A stretch of 64,000 nucleotides of DNA from the human T2T-CHM13v2.0 reference genome, Homo sapiens, in NCBI RefSeq assembly GCF_009914755.1, contig NC_060926.1; one strand, given 5' to 3'. The number at the start of each line of letters is the position of its first letter. The stretch's first letter is position 1. Under the pieces are notes generated by a model. It did not search any database. It worked only from the letters and a program-made list of their open reading frames with translations, and had not been told where the DNA came from. Position numbers and translations under genes: made by a program. Below are positions 16,701 to 32,800 of the stretch, piece after piece.

Positions 16701-17642
16701 TGGCTTTAACAAATACAGCATATTAAGGAGTTGTTTTAACTCCTTAATACGGGAGAAAATAATGACCCCTTTCTTCATTCTGTCTTCAAACTTCTTGAAT
16801 CTCTGCTTTGGAGAAACAAAGGATTACAAGGCCTACCGGGAACTGCCTACTGAGGAATACTTTAAAAACCAAAAAATACTGTCTCCTCAGCGTATGTGCC
16901 AATGGCCATGTCTAAGTGGAGCTCTAGTTATAGGGAGAGTAACAGAGAGTAGAATAATCTGGAGGAACAGGGGAGAAAGTCCCAGTGAATTGTAAACACT
17001 TCAGAAGTCATTCCTTGTTTAGTCTTAGGAGAGAGCCAGGAATGTGGTTCCATCGATTGAATGTCTCAGGCTGGAAGCTCTGTTCGCGCCACAGGAAGAA
17101 TGGTTGATTCTGAGGAATCACTTTTTGTTGTTTCCCCCACCTCCTCGGGCTAACCAGAGAGTGTATGGCATTTCAGTAAGGGTTTCCTACCTGGGCTCTA
17201 CACTGAGAATTTTGGTTTTACAGGAAACATTTAACAATGGGCTCTAGATGAGATAGAACAGTGGAGAAAAAGCCAGCAGGTGGCTTTTGTGCTTAGCTCT
17301 CCACTTCAATTTCTCTTCTTGCCTCCTACTCTACCTCTCTCTCTGGGATTCATGGACTGGGCCTCCTCCAAGGTTGCCAATCTTAGCTGTGGTTACCATC
17401 AGCGAGCCTCCACCACACCCCTACAGCCTTTCTGGAAGCTTTCAAACTACAGAGACAAACCCTTCAAAAGTTAAGCAGGGCTCCAATTTGTTTAACAAGT
17501 CTTGAAATGCAGCCTTTAGGCACTGTGACACCCACAGCTAAAGGTGAAAATGTCCTGACTTAGTTAAACTCCCCTTCCCTAGCTCCACAACCTATCCTGC
17601 CCCACAGAAAAGCACAGAGTGAACAAAGTAACTTCCAGACTA

Positions 17643-18190
17643 CAGTAGTCCCCACTTATCCCCCCTTATGCACCGTTTCACTTTCCACTATTTCGGTTAC
17701 CTACCATCAACCACAGTCCAAAAATATTAAGCAAAAAATTCCAGAAATGAACATTTCCTAAGTTCTAAGTTATATGCTGTTTGAGTAGCATGATGGAATC
17801 TCACGTTGTCCAGCTCCATCCTGCCCAGGACATGAATCATCCATTTGTCCAGCGTACCCACACTGTAGATGCTACCATCCTGCTAGTCACTGAGCAGATG
17901 TCTTGGTTACCAGATCCACTGCCATGGTATTGCAGGTGCGTTCAAGGAACCCTTCCTTTACTTAATAACTGCCCCAAAGCACAAGAGTGGTGATGCCAGC
18001 CTATTGTTATAATTGTTCTATTTTACTTTGCTATTGTTGTTCATCTCTTCCTGTGCCTAATTTATAAATTAAACTTTATCCTAGACATAGGAAAAGATGT
18101 AGTATAGATAAGGTTCAATACTATCTGTGGTTTCAGGCGTCCACCGGGGGTCTTGGAATGTATTCCCCATGGATAAATAGGGGGTTACTG
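17643..18190. mobile_element. MER44B-like (Tigger7-derived) DNA transposon, both ends retained
   Basis: TIRs cagtagtcccc..ttatcc / ggataa..ggggttactg with TA duplications at 17641-2 and 18191-2; 548 bp. Confidence 0.85.
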
Positions 18191-20199
18191 TATTTACTTT
18201 CCATCCTAGATGAAGCCAAAGCGATTTTAAAATAACAGTCAAAAGGGTAAAAACTTGGGGCAGAGTCCAAGCCTCTGATAATGCTACTTCCCTATCCTCC
18301 AATTTCCCCATTCATTTCCCAAGGCCCTACCAAGTCCAGAACTCCATGAAAGGTTAATGAAGAAAGGAATCCCATGTCTTCAACCCCAGGAAGATGTGCC
18401 TGTGCCTCTGTATCCCAGCCTTTATAACTTGATCTTTGCTTTACATATCTTCTTTCCCCTATCAGTCTAATTAATATAGTCCAAAACAATTCATTAATTC
18501 TCAGGTTTAACATATTGAACAAGATTGGCTTATCAGTCACAGAATAAAGATCTTACAGTCACAATGAGACAGTTAAATTTGAGTCATTTTGAGCTTGTCC
18601 TTTTTTACCCCTGGGCCCACAGAAAGGCTCCAGGTGCCTACACTCCAGGTAGAAACAGAAAGCATCTCATTTGAGTGCTGTGAAGCTGAACTGGCTTTTC
18701 AAACACACAATCCCTCCCCTTCAATCTGTGCCATGGCAAACCATTCCCAGCTTCCACAATAATCTTGGACTTTGGCAGAAGAAAGCCAGCTAAATCTGAG
18801 ATGTGTCACGAGGCCACTGGCTGGGGAGCAAGAATATCTAAACACAAATCCAGGCGAGAGCAACAAACAAGAGTTTCCGCAGATTCCCTCTGGCTCCTGT
18901 AGCTGCAGATCACTGACAGCCTAAAGATAACCCAAGTATCTACAAAGGGTCACTTTTAAATAGTAGCTTTAATGCCACCAGTCATTTCAGAAGCATTTCC
19001 TTCCAGAGCCTGCTTCCATCCACACTGGCCACCAAGTCTGTCCAACAATGGCAAGCTTACTGAGGAGATTAAAGTCCAGAAGGAAATGGAAGAAATCCCA
19101 AAAGGGAACAGACAGCTCCTGACATGCTGGGATTCTATTCTGTGATTGTACTTGTGCCAATATTTGGACTACTGAGAAATAATAATCTAGCAAAGAGACA
19201 CCTTGTAGAAATGACTAACAATCACTAGGGATTAAAGAGCAGGTATAAAATGAAACAAAATAGTTTAACTCCAAAACTTTCTAAAGCTGAGGCTGTATAA
19301 ACCATGGATGGCTACCACTAGGAGACTTTTAGGAAAGCCTTTCTCTCGAAGAGAAAACTTACTTAGTTTACTGAACTGCTGTAAGGAGAACAATATGAAG
19401 TCTTCAGGCACATACTGTACATACGTAGCCAGTGTGGCCACCCACTAACCACAGAAGCACCAAATGGAACTGCTCAGAAGCCTGCTGCTTTTTTTTTCTT
19501 CCTTTTAAGTAGGGCCAAAGTTCCCAAGATCTTCCTCAGACCATTAAAATCTGCTCAGCACCTCACCTGTCTACTAAGTAAGTCCACATTGTCCTAAATG
19601 GCAGTCGGCCAGGGGCTGATGTACAAGGGACAGGTGCTCAGTGGGCTTTTTTCAGTTGCTATCAGCTCAGTCAGGAGCTGCACATGCTCAGTAGGCAGGC
19701 AAGTTTTGGTTCCGTTTCGAACTCTGGGCAGCCAAGAGACATACACCTTCACAGCTGCCAGGGCAACCAGCTGCCCAGTGCTCCTCCCAAGATGGGAGCA
19801 ATGAAAACAGTGTAACCTGGCCAGCCAACATGCCAGTGAGCAAGCTGTACCTCTCATTTCACTGCCTGGGTTATTCTGAGCTGGGCTTATTGACACTCCA
19901 TGGCAACACAGGAACAAAGGGCCAGCTAGAGGGATTTAAATGTCCTGCAAAAGTTGTTAGAAAAGTCAGCAGCTCTGGCTTCTGCTTTCATAATAAAACT
20001 AGCAATAGCATTATTATTAGATTATTGTTGTTTTGTCACTGTTAATATCATTTGTGAGCCACCTGTAACAGTTCTACGTTCGCACTAAGGCTTTGTTTTT
20101 GTTTTGTTTGCCACCATTTAGTTGCTACAGTTGGGATGCCTTTGAAAATGGAGTATGTGTGCCTGCCTGTCCCTAAACTGCAGGAGGATTAGTTTTTCC

Positions 20200-21130
20200 C
20201 ATCCCTTTACTTCTCATCTTGCCACACTCTATGATCCACTTTCACCACACACCACTCTTTCAAAACACAAACTGCACCTACTTAATCTCTCCACAGTTCT
20301 CCATTGCCTTCAGGATAGAAGACAAACACCTTAGCATAAGGCTCTGCCATGCCTGCAGGGCTCAACTCTCAACCTTAATTCCGTCTCATGACATGGTGAC
20401 CGCTCATGATCTCATGATCTCACGTCTCTGGACTTCACCCTTCCCCTGCCTGCAATGTCCTTCTTAGTCCCTCCTCGGCTGGTCTAATGGCTACTTATCC
20501 TTCAAAACTTAGCTTCCCTGCATCACCAGCCCCAAACCCAGCTCCATGTGGAATGCAGGCCTTTCCTGTCCATACGCCTCATGCTATGCTGTGACCTTTG
20601 CTGTATCCAACTGGACTATGACTTCTTGAAGCAGGAACCACTTCTTGCTTATGTTTACGTCACCAATGCCTACCAGTGTTGTCAACTGGTACTCCTGTTT
20701 AAATTGACTAAAAGAACATAAGTTTGTCTTATAACTGATTCACTTTTCCCAAACTCATAATAAATTATTTGAAAGAGTGCATGTGATCAGCCCAGATCAG
20801 TCCCACTGTCTCTTATTATCTTTTCTCTAATACCATAATTATTATTCTAGCCAACATTATTTATTCATTTGTCAAATATTTATTGAGCACCAACTGCACA
20901 CCAGGTAATGTCTTAGACACTAGGGATAAAACAATGAATACCTCCACATTCTGGCCTCTCACGCTCTAGGGCTCACTGTGTGCCGGGCACTCGGCATGTA
21001 GTCTCATGACTCCTCCCAACAAGGTGGGTACCGTTATTGTTTCCATCGTACCAGGTGGCAACAAGCACAGAGAGGCGAAGGAGAATATACGCAAAGACAT
21101 AGTGAAACAGAGGATGACTAACGGTGGTGT
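20200..21130. mobile_element. Degraded L2 and MIR fragments
   Basis: L2 3'-end motif (attcatttgtcaaatatttattgagcacc..) near 20865 and a MIR-core-like segment near 21000-21120. Confidence 0.5.
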
Positions 21131-24100
21131 TTTGGCCTTGTCTCTTTCCTGAGAAAGGCTTGATTCCTATGCATGGCCAAAGCCTTCCTTTCAGAACACA
21201 TTCTTTGACTCTGACCATCAATACTATGTCAAACATGATCCTAACCCTCTGCAAAACTGAAATTTGAAGCATATGAACTGGGACGTGAAGTTAAGGATAA
21301 AAAGAAGTCATTACTGTAACTCTACATGGCATGCTACAGTATTATATATATCAGAGAAGTCAAATTCTAAACTGGACTGTTGGTAATTTTTTTTCTACCC
21401 ATTCTTTGTAACTTTTCTGAATGAATCTGTTTTGCTGTTGTTTTTCAACTAAAACTAATTTGGTGTAGGTACCATAATTCAGAAGACAAAACAAATGCAG
21501 CAAGAAATAAAACGAAGGAGTCATCCCCACCCCAATCCCCCAAATCACCAATTTAAAAAATACTGGCAGGTTTTTTTTTTTAAGGTGAATGTCACCATCA
21601 TGTGCCCAAGAGGAATTTCTCATTCTTCCTTTTATTGTTTCTCTCCTTCCCACAACTCTCCTCCCCACATCCCATATACATATTCTCAGCAAAGTCCATG
21701 TTCTGTTCTAGCCCGTAACAAAGAATTAGATGTAGCATTAACCATGGCTCTAGGAAACACCCTGCTTGCAGGGCTCAGATTCAGCTGATGAGAATCAGGC
21801 CGCAGCTGCTCCAGTGTTATGACCCAGGCTGAGAAGGTGCAAATGTAAACTTCCCTCTTCCTCCCAAATCACTGACTTAAAGAGAAAGGATGGTCAGGCT
21901 ACATGGAGTTGTGAAAAAATAAAAGGTTCTAGACCAGCTTTGTTGAGGAATACACCAGATGACCTATGGTCAGGTGTCAGAGCTGTCACATGAGGGCAGT
22001 AGGAACACCTGCACAGTGAACCCTTGAAGCAGACTGGTGTTGTCTTTTTTAATTTCAATATGGGGTATGACCCACTATTGGGTAGCAAAATCAACTCAGT
22101 AGTTTAAGACAAGGTTTCTTTCTGTCTTTTCAAGTGAAATAAAACTGAATAAAATTTAAAAAGACAAGAAATAGGTGCACATTAAACATAGTAAGAGTAA
22201 TTACTGTTTCATGAAATTTTCATTTCAGATGTGTGTGGGCACTATCTATGCAGTGGGTCTTACTCCAAAATGTTTCTTGCTGTGAGTCACAGTCAAAAGT
22301 TTGAAAGCCACCTCGCCTGTGTCTTACACTATCTTGGAATGACATGAGTTCTGAGTCACTATGGCTATTAGGAATAAACATTCTGTATGGAATCTTGCCT
22401 GAGTTCATCCCGGGCTGCAGAGGAAAGTTCCGCAGGACAGTTTGCAGTGTTTTAAGAGTTACAAATTAATTTTTAAGTGTGTTTTATTTTCCTTGGTGTT
22501 TTCAAGAGTGAAAGTGGCATATATGACATGCCTACAAACCTTCTGCTTTACAAGTTTTTCCATAAAGAGGAGATGGCATTCATCCTCTCACTCTGGAGAC
22601 CTGTCTTTATAAAAGAGAACACTTAGAAGTGACTGCACTGCACACTGTTGACCACAAGGAAATCATTTCATGAGCTTAGGTGTTGAATTTGTTTTCTCAT
22701 CTGTTCAATATTTGACTTTCTTTGAATGAATTTTTAGCATCCTCCCACACCCTACTGCTATCCATACCCCTCTTATACTGTCCACTAAAAAAAAAACAAG
22801 AAAGAAAAGAATGTGGCACTAGTTTAACTACTCATGGCTGAAACAAACACTTCCCAGGAAGGAAAGGCTAAAAGGATGCTTTGTCACAGCTCACCTTGCA
22901 TCAACTAGTATAGGATCATTTTGTAAAATAAGAAAACTTGATAATAAAGAAGCAGTGTCTTAAAAGTATGATGCTTCATCAGATATTTACATTCTAGGTC
23001 CCAGTAGTAGCAAATGCCTTAGTATGTCATCCCTTTCCCTAAAAACATCTTCCGTTTGATGATATGCCAAAGAAAAAGATTTTATTCTGAACAAGAGATA
23101 CAAATGTAATACTAAGAAGAAGAAGAAACAAATGTAATACTAAGACATTTCTCTTCCATTCATTCACCCCTTCAAGAACTTCCTGAATCCCTAATAATGA
23201 GAAAATCAAAGAAAGGCTTATTCTATTCTTCCCCCCAGCAGCAAAGAGGGGCACCTTTGTAACCCTAACAAAAAGTCCATTGAAGTTATCTCCTTCCTTC
23301 CATCATTGGGTAGTGGGGCTGGAAAGTCTGAGTAGTGATGGCTTTGTAAATACTAAAATCAAGATAACTCAGAAAATAATTTAGTACCTAGCAGTCTTCT
23401 CTAGAACAGGCCGAAATCTCTTGCGAAAAAATTCTGCATAAGTCTGGCCTTCCTGGCTATAATAAAATCTAACTGTGGCTTACAAATTTAATAAAATGTG
23501 GGTCGTCTCAGCTTTGAAATATTTCCAAAGGAGCAATATTCCCTTTAAAGTAATTGTGTCATAGTCTTCACCTGCAAATGTGTACAGGGACAAAAGAAAA
23601 GCCAAACATGGAGGTTCTGCCTTCACCCTGGTGGTATAATAGTAGTATTAGAGCATGATTAGTCTTATTAATGGGAAGGAAAGGGAAGGATATACAGGTA
23701 ATTAGGACTCAAGTGCTCTTCTCTATGAGAGCAAATAAAACTCTTCCTGCAGCTAGAGTTGTATATATAATGAACATGAAAAATGATTACTGGTAGGAGA
23801 GACAAGAAAAGTAAGAAACACAACCCCAGGTGAAGGGGCCTCATCATTTGCTATTACAAACTCTCTTCTCACGCTCTCAAACAGACTGGATCGAGCTGGA
23901 TTCTAGCATGCACCAGACATAATATGAATGTGGATGTAGCTAATTTAGGGCAAAAAAAAATGAAAAATTTTGAAGAGGACTGATAATGACTGGAGCTCTT
24001 GAACACCATTCCTCAAAGTATATGATGCCTTTTGTTGGCTGTGTAACCTTAAGCAAGAGCTTTAACTAATCCAAAAGCACATCCAAAAACAATGTATCTT

Positions 24101-24811
24101 ATGAGGGCACTTGTGAGGATTATAGGAAATTATGCATGAAAGCTAGCCCAATATCTGGTGCATTTTAAGCACTCATTAAATATTACCTATAATCATCAAA
24201 CAGGCCATTATATTGGAAAGCATTTTCCAAATATAAGTGGTGAAAAAATCTTTTATTGCCCAGAGCATTTAGGATTCCATAGAACTTGAGAAATGTTCTG
24301 AAGTACACTCAAACTCTACCAAAAAAAAAAAAATCACTGTTTAGAACTAATATTTGAAATGTTACCACTATTTCTAATCAATATTTATTAGACATTTCGG
24401 AGACAAAGGGGTAAAAGTTTTTTTTTTTTAAATAGACTAAGAAGAGTACACTACCCAACAAAATGTATTAGAACAAAATCTCTATGACTCTCTTATTTAT
24501 GTCCCAAGAATGTGATCTAGCTTCATTACAGCACAATTAATAGGATGCCTATCTGTTCTACAAACATCAAATATGGGTCTATTTCCTTTTAAACGCAGTC
24601 GTCTAAAGCTTGCTCAGCAGTAGACAAGCTACACTGCTATTACAGATTTCTGTTATCGGCCCCATTATTTATCTCTTTTGGATTAAGTATTAGTACTTAA
24701 CATTTGCTTTTTAACCAATGTTGAGGATACTAGAGTGTATTATAAATAGGGTTTCTCTTTGGTTTTTAAAATTTTCCTACTAAATATATAAAAACAAAAT
24801 GCCTTCCATAG

Positions 24812-24812
<1 letters not shown>

Positions 24813-24854
<42 letters not shown>
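24813..24854 (+). repeat. (AC)21 microsatellite
   Basis: Uninterrupted AC run of 42 nt. Confidence 0.97.
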
Positions 24855-24861
<7 letters not shown>

Positions 24862-25368
24862 ATAGGGAGTTGAGTCACAGAGGAAAGACGGCACTAAGGC
24901 AACTGCTATTATGATTAGAGTATGCTAGGCTATAGCACTCACTGGATATTCCATTTTTTTAAAAAAACAGCAATTGCAATTAAAGTATGATATGCTCTTT
25001 TCCATACTTGTAAACATCCTAATGGTGGTGGTATATTAAATAGCAAAACCTTAAGGGTCGATCTATTTCCATTTCCATTTCAGCCTAAACTAACTTTTAC
25101 ATGTTTTACATGTCTTCACTGTGGCATTAAGAGGTTATTTCAGCTTAAGAGCTGAAAGCAGGATTAAAAAAAAACAACCAACGGCATGGTTATTAGCATT
25201 GCTCCATAACTGCCCTTTTTCCGCCCCACTCTTTTCCCCATTCTCTCTCTACCTCTCCTTCTCTCCTCATACTACATTTCCACTTCTTTGTCTCTTCTCT
25301 CTTTTTTCATACCTTGCCTACATCACAGGTCCACCCATGATATCATCTGAACTGCCCCATACCACAGA

Positions 25369-26073
<705 letters not shown>

Positions 26074-26417
26074 TCAATATTCCTTAGATTTTTAAATAAT
26101 AATCATTATTTACCAATTTAAAAGAGGTAAAAAAAAAAAAAGTCCTAGAAACTTGACTGTTAGAAATGTCTCCAGCAATTATCAAGTATCCCCTGGGGGA
26201 TAAAACTACCCCAATTGAAAAATCACTGTTAACTCACCAAATCCTCCCAGCTTTAATATAAGCCCATTTCCTCGTATTAATTCCTTCAACATTGCCACTC
26301 AGGATCCCTTCCCCATACCTTCTTGGCACTAACTGACACAACTGCCATATTATGGGAATATCTTTAACAACACTGCTTAGAGTGGAATATAAACTAGATA
26401 TCTAAAATGGTCTATAA

Positions 26418-26620
26418 CAGCACTGGCCAACAGAAACAAAATGTGAGCCACCTAATGTAATTTAAGTTTTATCACAGCAGTAGGAAAAAACAGGTGAAAT
26501 TTACATTTTTATTGTCTTCAAAATCCAGCTTGTATCTTACATTTACAGCATATTTCCACTCATATTAGCCACATTTCAAATGCTATATGTGACTATCAGC
26601 TACCATATAGGACAATGGAG
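26418..26620. mobile_element. hAT-Charlie MITE (MER3-like)
   Basis: Starts cagcactggccaacagaaac and ends ..ccatataggacaatg; about 200 bp. Confidence 0.6.
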
Positions 26621-27207
26621 AAGTATAATATATGTCATTAAGTATGAGAAGGAGATAGGAACAGATCAAATATTATGAACCTAATATATAATGAAATAGA
26701 TGTATAATATTCTAAGTACTGATTTTTTCACATTGTTGGCTATACTAACTTGTCAAATTATATGCCTCCTTGGAAACTCATCATTTATATAAAGAAGACC
26801 ATACCCCAAAGAACCTGTAACAAGGGCATTAGTCTTACTGTCCCATCTGATCATAAAGAGGTTGAGATTCCTACAATAAGCACCACTCTTCATGGAGGAA
26901 CACTTGTAAAATAAAGTGGGCACTGCTCAATGTGCAATAGAGTAGAGTTTAGGCTTTCTCTATCTAGAAAGATATATAACAACATGTTAAAAGCAATTAC
27001 ATGTAAGTGAAGGGAATGATGAGTAACTTTTACTATCTTTCTCTCTTGATTATCTATTTTGTCCTTTTCAACAAGGGCAGGACCATCCCTGAGCAACTTT
27101 TTGGAAATGAGGGGATGGGAAAGTGAGTAATGAAAGTAAGTAAGCAAGGGTCAGAGATGCCAAAGGCACTGAAATGCCTGGGTGGTGCCACACAACTAAG
27201 AATTAGC

Positions 27208-27529
27208 CTCCTAGGGCCTGAATGTTTGTGTCTCCCCAAAATTCATGCGAGTATCTTAACTGCCAAGGTGAGGGTATTAGGGCAGACCCCTCAGGATTGG
27301 GATTTGTGCTGATATAAAAGAGATCCCAGAGGGCTAGCTAGCCCCTTCTACCATGAGACAACACAGAGAAGGTGCCGTCTATGAGGAACGAGCCCTTACC
27401 AGACACTGAATCTGCCAGCACCTTGAACTTAGACTTCCCAGCCTCCAGGACTGTGAGAAATAAATGTTTAGTTTTTGATCCACCCAGTTTCTGGTATTTT
27501 TGTTGTAACATCCCAAATAGGCCAAGACA
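27208..27529 (+). mobile_element. ERVL-MaLR solo LTR (MLT1A/MST-like)
   Basis: gaatgtttgtgtctccccaaaattcatg..., gacttcccagcctccaggactgtgagaaataaatg and terminal ..aagaca are typical of MaLR LTRs. Confidence 0.85.
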
Positions 27530-27815
27530 TGGCCGTTGCACTACAAGTATCAACTATCCCACCGAGCATTCATTTTCATGAATAATCTTTGTAGAATTGA
27601 AACCAGCACCTAACCCTGTCATACATAAAAACACAAAGTATGTATGTCTTACACTGCCTTCATGTATACTAAATATTCCAAACATATAACTAGTATATAA
27701 ATCAAGGGCCAACGGTTCTGGTTTTTTTTAATTCTACCAAAATCTGTTCACCAATTCAGAAAATTCAATCACTGAAGGTAAGAGACCACTTATGACAACT
27801 AAGCCACCAATATAA

Positions 27816-28639
<824 letters not shown>

Positions 28640-28856
28640 TAGAAAATTAGGTTGAATTTTTTAAAAAAATAGGTGTATGTAAATATTCAGATATAATGTA
28701 TATAAGAATTTCCTTCAAAATAGTCAATAATCACCAAATATTTATTATAAAAAGAGTGTTTTAAGTTTGATAGGCTTAAGAAGTAGTTTATAGTAAGCCA
28801 AAAAAAAAAAAATCACAGTATACTTATCTTAACCCAAAAAGATGTGAGTCACTTAC

Positions 28857-28923
28857 CTTCCATACTAGGGGAGGGGAGAGCAATCATGATAAGCACAGGA
28901 AGAATCATCACTCCATCTACCAT
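28857..28923 (-). CDS. ACVR1: ACVR1 exon 3 coding part (c.1-67): start codon and signal peptide MVDGVMILPVLIMIALPSPSME
   Basis: ATG at 28923-28921 in strong Kozak context (ACA ATG G). The whole exon is 28857-28930, with acceptor ttacag|TTGTACA and donor AAG|gtaagt. Its phase 1 end joins exon 4 to give GAT (Asp23). Too short to appear in the ORF track. Confidence 0.98.
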
Positions 28924-29775
28924 TGTACAACTGTAAAGGGAAAAGAAGAGATGTAAGTAAAGCATAAATATCTAACTGCAGGAAGACAAATTAAGCATAC
29001 CACCTTCAAACTGCCATTCAAGGCCCTTCTTACTAATCACCCTCAGATATATTGCCTTACTTCTTACTACATTTAAACACATACCTTTTATGTGGACCTA
29101 AACATATCACTTTAAAGAGTTAGTCATATTCACTTCTAACTGGTAGTCACTCCAAGGATAGTTTCTAAGTCTACTCTCTTACAAAGAAATCAATAAGGAA
29201 ACAAAAAATTTTCAGCTACAAAGTGAGGCAGTCCCAAAAGATTTTAGGTTTGAATTTTATCTTACCCCATTGAATGCAAAATTGGTACTAAATTAAAAAA
29301 CCTGAGAAGCATGAATAGACTATTTTAACATGATGTTAAGGATTAAACGACTGAATAATTCAAGCCAAATTACTATGTTAGAGTCTTACTTCTCCTTTAA
29401 AAGGACTGGAGGCAGAGCAACCTACATCAACATACAGACCTACAGCAAAAACAAAGAACAAAAAAATACAAACTTTTACCCCATCTAAGGCAAAGCAATG
29501 CATTTCTGCATTAAACAAATTTAACAAGGATAGACAACAACTAAAATCATGTAAAAATAAAAACAAACTTTTCCATTTGAATAATGTGAAACATCAGGAA
29601 TGTGATGGGAGTTTGGTTAGTTGCAATTTTCTGGATGGTAAAATAAACAAAAAGCTGGTAAAGTTCTTTAATGATAGGTTAGTGTGCTTGTACTCTTTCA
29701 GCTTTAAAGCAAAGAGTGGAAGCCCATTGCTATCTAGCATGTCTGGAGTGTTGACCTTTAAAATCAAATTATTTA

Positions 29776-29895
29776 GGCTGGGTGCGGTGGCTCACAGCTG
29801 TAATCCCAGTACTTTCGGAGGCCGAGGTGGGATGATCACTTGAGCCCAGGAGTTTGAGACCAGCCTGGGCAACACAGTGAGACCCCATCTCTATT
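29776..29895 (+). mobile_element. Alu left monomer (FLAM_C-like)
   Basis: Single arm, ggctgggtgcggtggctcac...gaccccatctct. Confidence 0.85.
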
Positions 29896-32800
29896 TGTTT
29901 TTAATTATTTTTAAAATTAAAAAAAATCAATTTTTTTGGCTGGCGGTCTGTTTACAAACCATACCTCCATCATATCTTACCACCCTTCACTTAAATTTAT
30001 TTCTCTTTGGTTCCATAATTATAGTTCAGTCAATCCCTTTCCTAAAAGCAAGGTAAGGGAGGAGGTAAAGGGGATTTTTATTTACCTTCCTTTTCTATTT
30101 TTAAAAGCATATGAAACTTGAGGAAGATCCTACTACTGTTGTTGTTTTTATTATTTCCATGTTCACATAGATCTTTCCTATAGTGGATCCTTTTGGGGAT
30201 ATACAAATCCTTCATCTTGGCCCCTCACAACCAGAATGTGACTCCTCCAACACATCTCTGTACCTTTGGACATGAATATGCTTTTTGTTCCCCTCTGCTT
30301 GAACTGCCCTGAGCCCCCTCCTCCACCCCTCTCCAACCCCATTGCCTCCTCCTGTCATACATGATTCCGGCTCAAAGGTAAGCCCTTGGTGAAAAACCTC
30401 TCCCTCAGCAGTGATATCAGCCCCCGGCATGGAATCATAATCATCTGTCTAGGGCAGTCTCCAGCACTGGTCCACTCATCTCCAAAACAGGTATGCACAT
30501 CCAAGGACCAAGCAAGGGTCATTCATTGAGCTATGGAATGAAATTATTAAACTGTTTTTTCATAAGAATGTTTTAATCTAATAAAGTAGAAAATAACTTG
30601 AGACTTAATCTGGTCTCTATCTCAGTTCTCTATGACAGTCTAGTACAGGAGGTATCTTTCAGAAAGACTAGGAGTTACATAATGTTAGCGTGGACATGAT
30701 TTATTTACAGAGTACAACCATGTACTTGTAGTTCTGAAGGTCCGTTCAAGTGGAATTACAGGTTATATTGGCTACTTACAGTGAAATGAGCCTTCCCAAA
30801 TGACAAGTGTTCTAAAACCATTACAGAAACTAGAGATTGCACATATTATTAATGCAAGCACCAAAGAAGAGTAAGAAAACAGTAGACTTAACATCGCTTA
30901 TTTCTACTGGTTCTTCCTTAACCACTTTACTAGAGAAAAGTAGTAATATTCAGTTCAATCTGACATGAAACAATCTCCCCAAATTCAAAATTTGAAAATA
31001 TTTGAAAAACGGATTTGCAACTACTGTCATAGATAGTAAACATTATCCTGAGTGGCTTGAGACTTTCATTGATGATAGTATGATTCCACTGCCATTAGCA
31101 ACACCTTAAATATTTTATCCTTATTTAATTGCTATTTTATGTATGTTTTATAATATGTACTTATTTATTTTATATAAAATGTATGGCCAATTTACACATT
31201 GAGGGTGCATCAGAAAACTTTTTATGGGATATGTCATCACAAACCATTGAAAATTGCTGAACTAAACTATTTCTTATCTCAGTCTTATCTGAATTCCCAG
31301 TCCTTCATTAATGCATTCATGCATTCAAGAACTACTCAAAACCTACTATGTGCTACATATTAGGAACCTAAAATAGTAAATATAAACAGGGTCCTTGCTA
31401 TCGTGGCACTTACAAGATATGTCTATGGTGGTAATCAAATAATCATCCAAGATTCCATAATTAAAAACTGAATAAGAGTTGGGAAGAAACATAGTTAAAA
31501 TAACTGTGTTAACAAAACAACTTGAGACTTTCTGGAGGGTGCAGAGGTTCCCTGGGGAGGTAACATCTGAAAAGAATCAGGAATCAGAAGGATGAGTAGA
31601 GGTACTAGGAAAAGGGTAAGTGTGTTGGGAGGTGTGGTGGGAGAGGGTGAATACAGGACACAGATAGGGTAATATTTAAGGGAAAAGGCACTTCTATTGA
31701 GGTGCCTGTGGCCAGAGCAAGCATGGTGTGTCCTGAGGACTTAGGGCAAACCTCAGGATTGAAAAAACGCAAGAATGGCCAGGACACAAAGGGTCTGGAA
31801 GAGTCACAAAGAGTCGGCGAATACCCAAGAAGGCTAGAGAGGAAGGCAAAGGTCAGAACGGAGGTAAGGCACTCTAGGCACTCTACTCACCTATCTTCAT
31901 TGCCCCCTTGGCTCTCACCATCATTCCATAGTTCCTCAGTCCCCACTACCCATTATTATCACCCCCACCAGCCACTTTCTGTCTATCTCTGGACATCTGT
32001 ACGTGATGCTCCCTATGATTGGGCCCTTCTTTCAGGGCCCAACCTACTGAATTCCTACTCATCCCGTAAGTCTCAATGGCTTCTCTAAAGGCTACCACCT
32101 TCTAGAAGCCTGTCTAAACCCTTAAGTACTCTCTGCTCATTCTCATAGATCACTTTAAGTTTCACTCATACAAATCATCCTAATTAATAATTATGTATTC
32201 ATAACTGTGTGTGCTTTTGAACATCTGTCTCTGTCACTAGACTGTGAATTCCACGGGAGGAAAATCTATAGTCTATCTTGTTCATCACTGCCAGAGCCAA
32301 GTAGGTGCACATTTAATAACAGTTTAATTAGAATTTTTCCTGAATTAATCAACTCAATTTAAGTTTAAATTCTAAAGAATTAGTAGCATCCCTTCCCCAC
32401 CATGCACACAGACACACACAGAGAGACCTGCAAAGGAATGGCAAGATTAAGAGATTTATCATCTCTATAACTTTAATCTGTAGAATTTAGCTCAAGTAAT
32501 AGTAAAAGTCAACAGTTAACAAGCTTCAAATCAAGACTCCTTTTACTATTAAAAAAAAAAATCTAAGAAACAATCACCACTGGCATATTTTCCACGTCAC
32601 AAAGCCAGCAAAAGCCCACGTCCCAAATACCTATTAACAGATTATCATTGTGCGAACAAAATTAAAACAATAATTTAGGCTCATAAATAGAAGACAGAAA
32701 AAGAATTATAAATTCAGACCCTCAAACAGTAGGGACTAATTCCGTCTCTAGTGTTTAAAGACAGCTCAAAATCTGCCAAAAATCTTTGGGAAAAAAGTCA

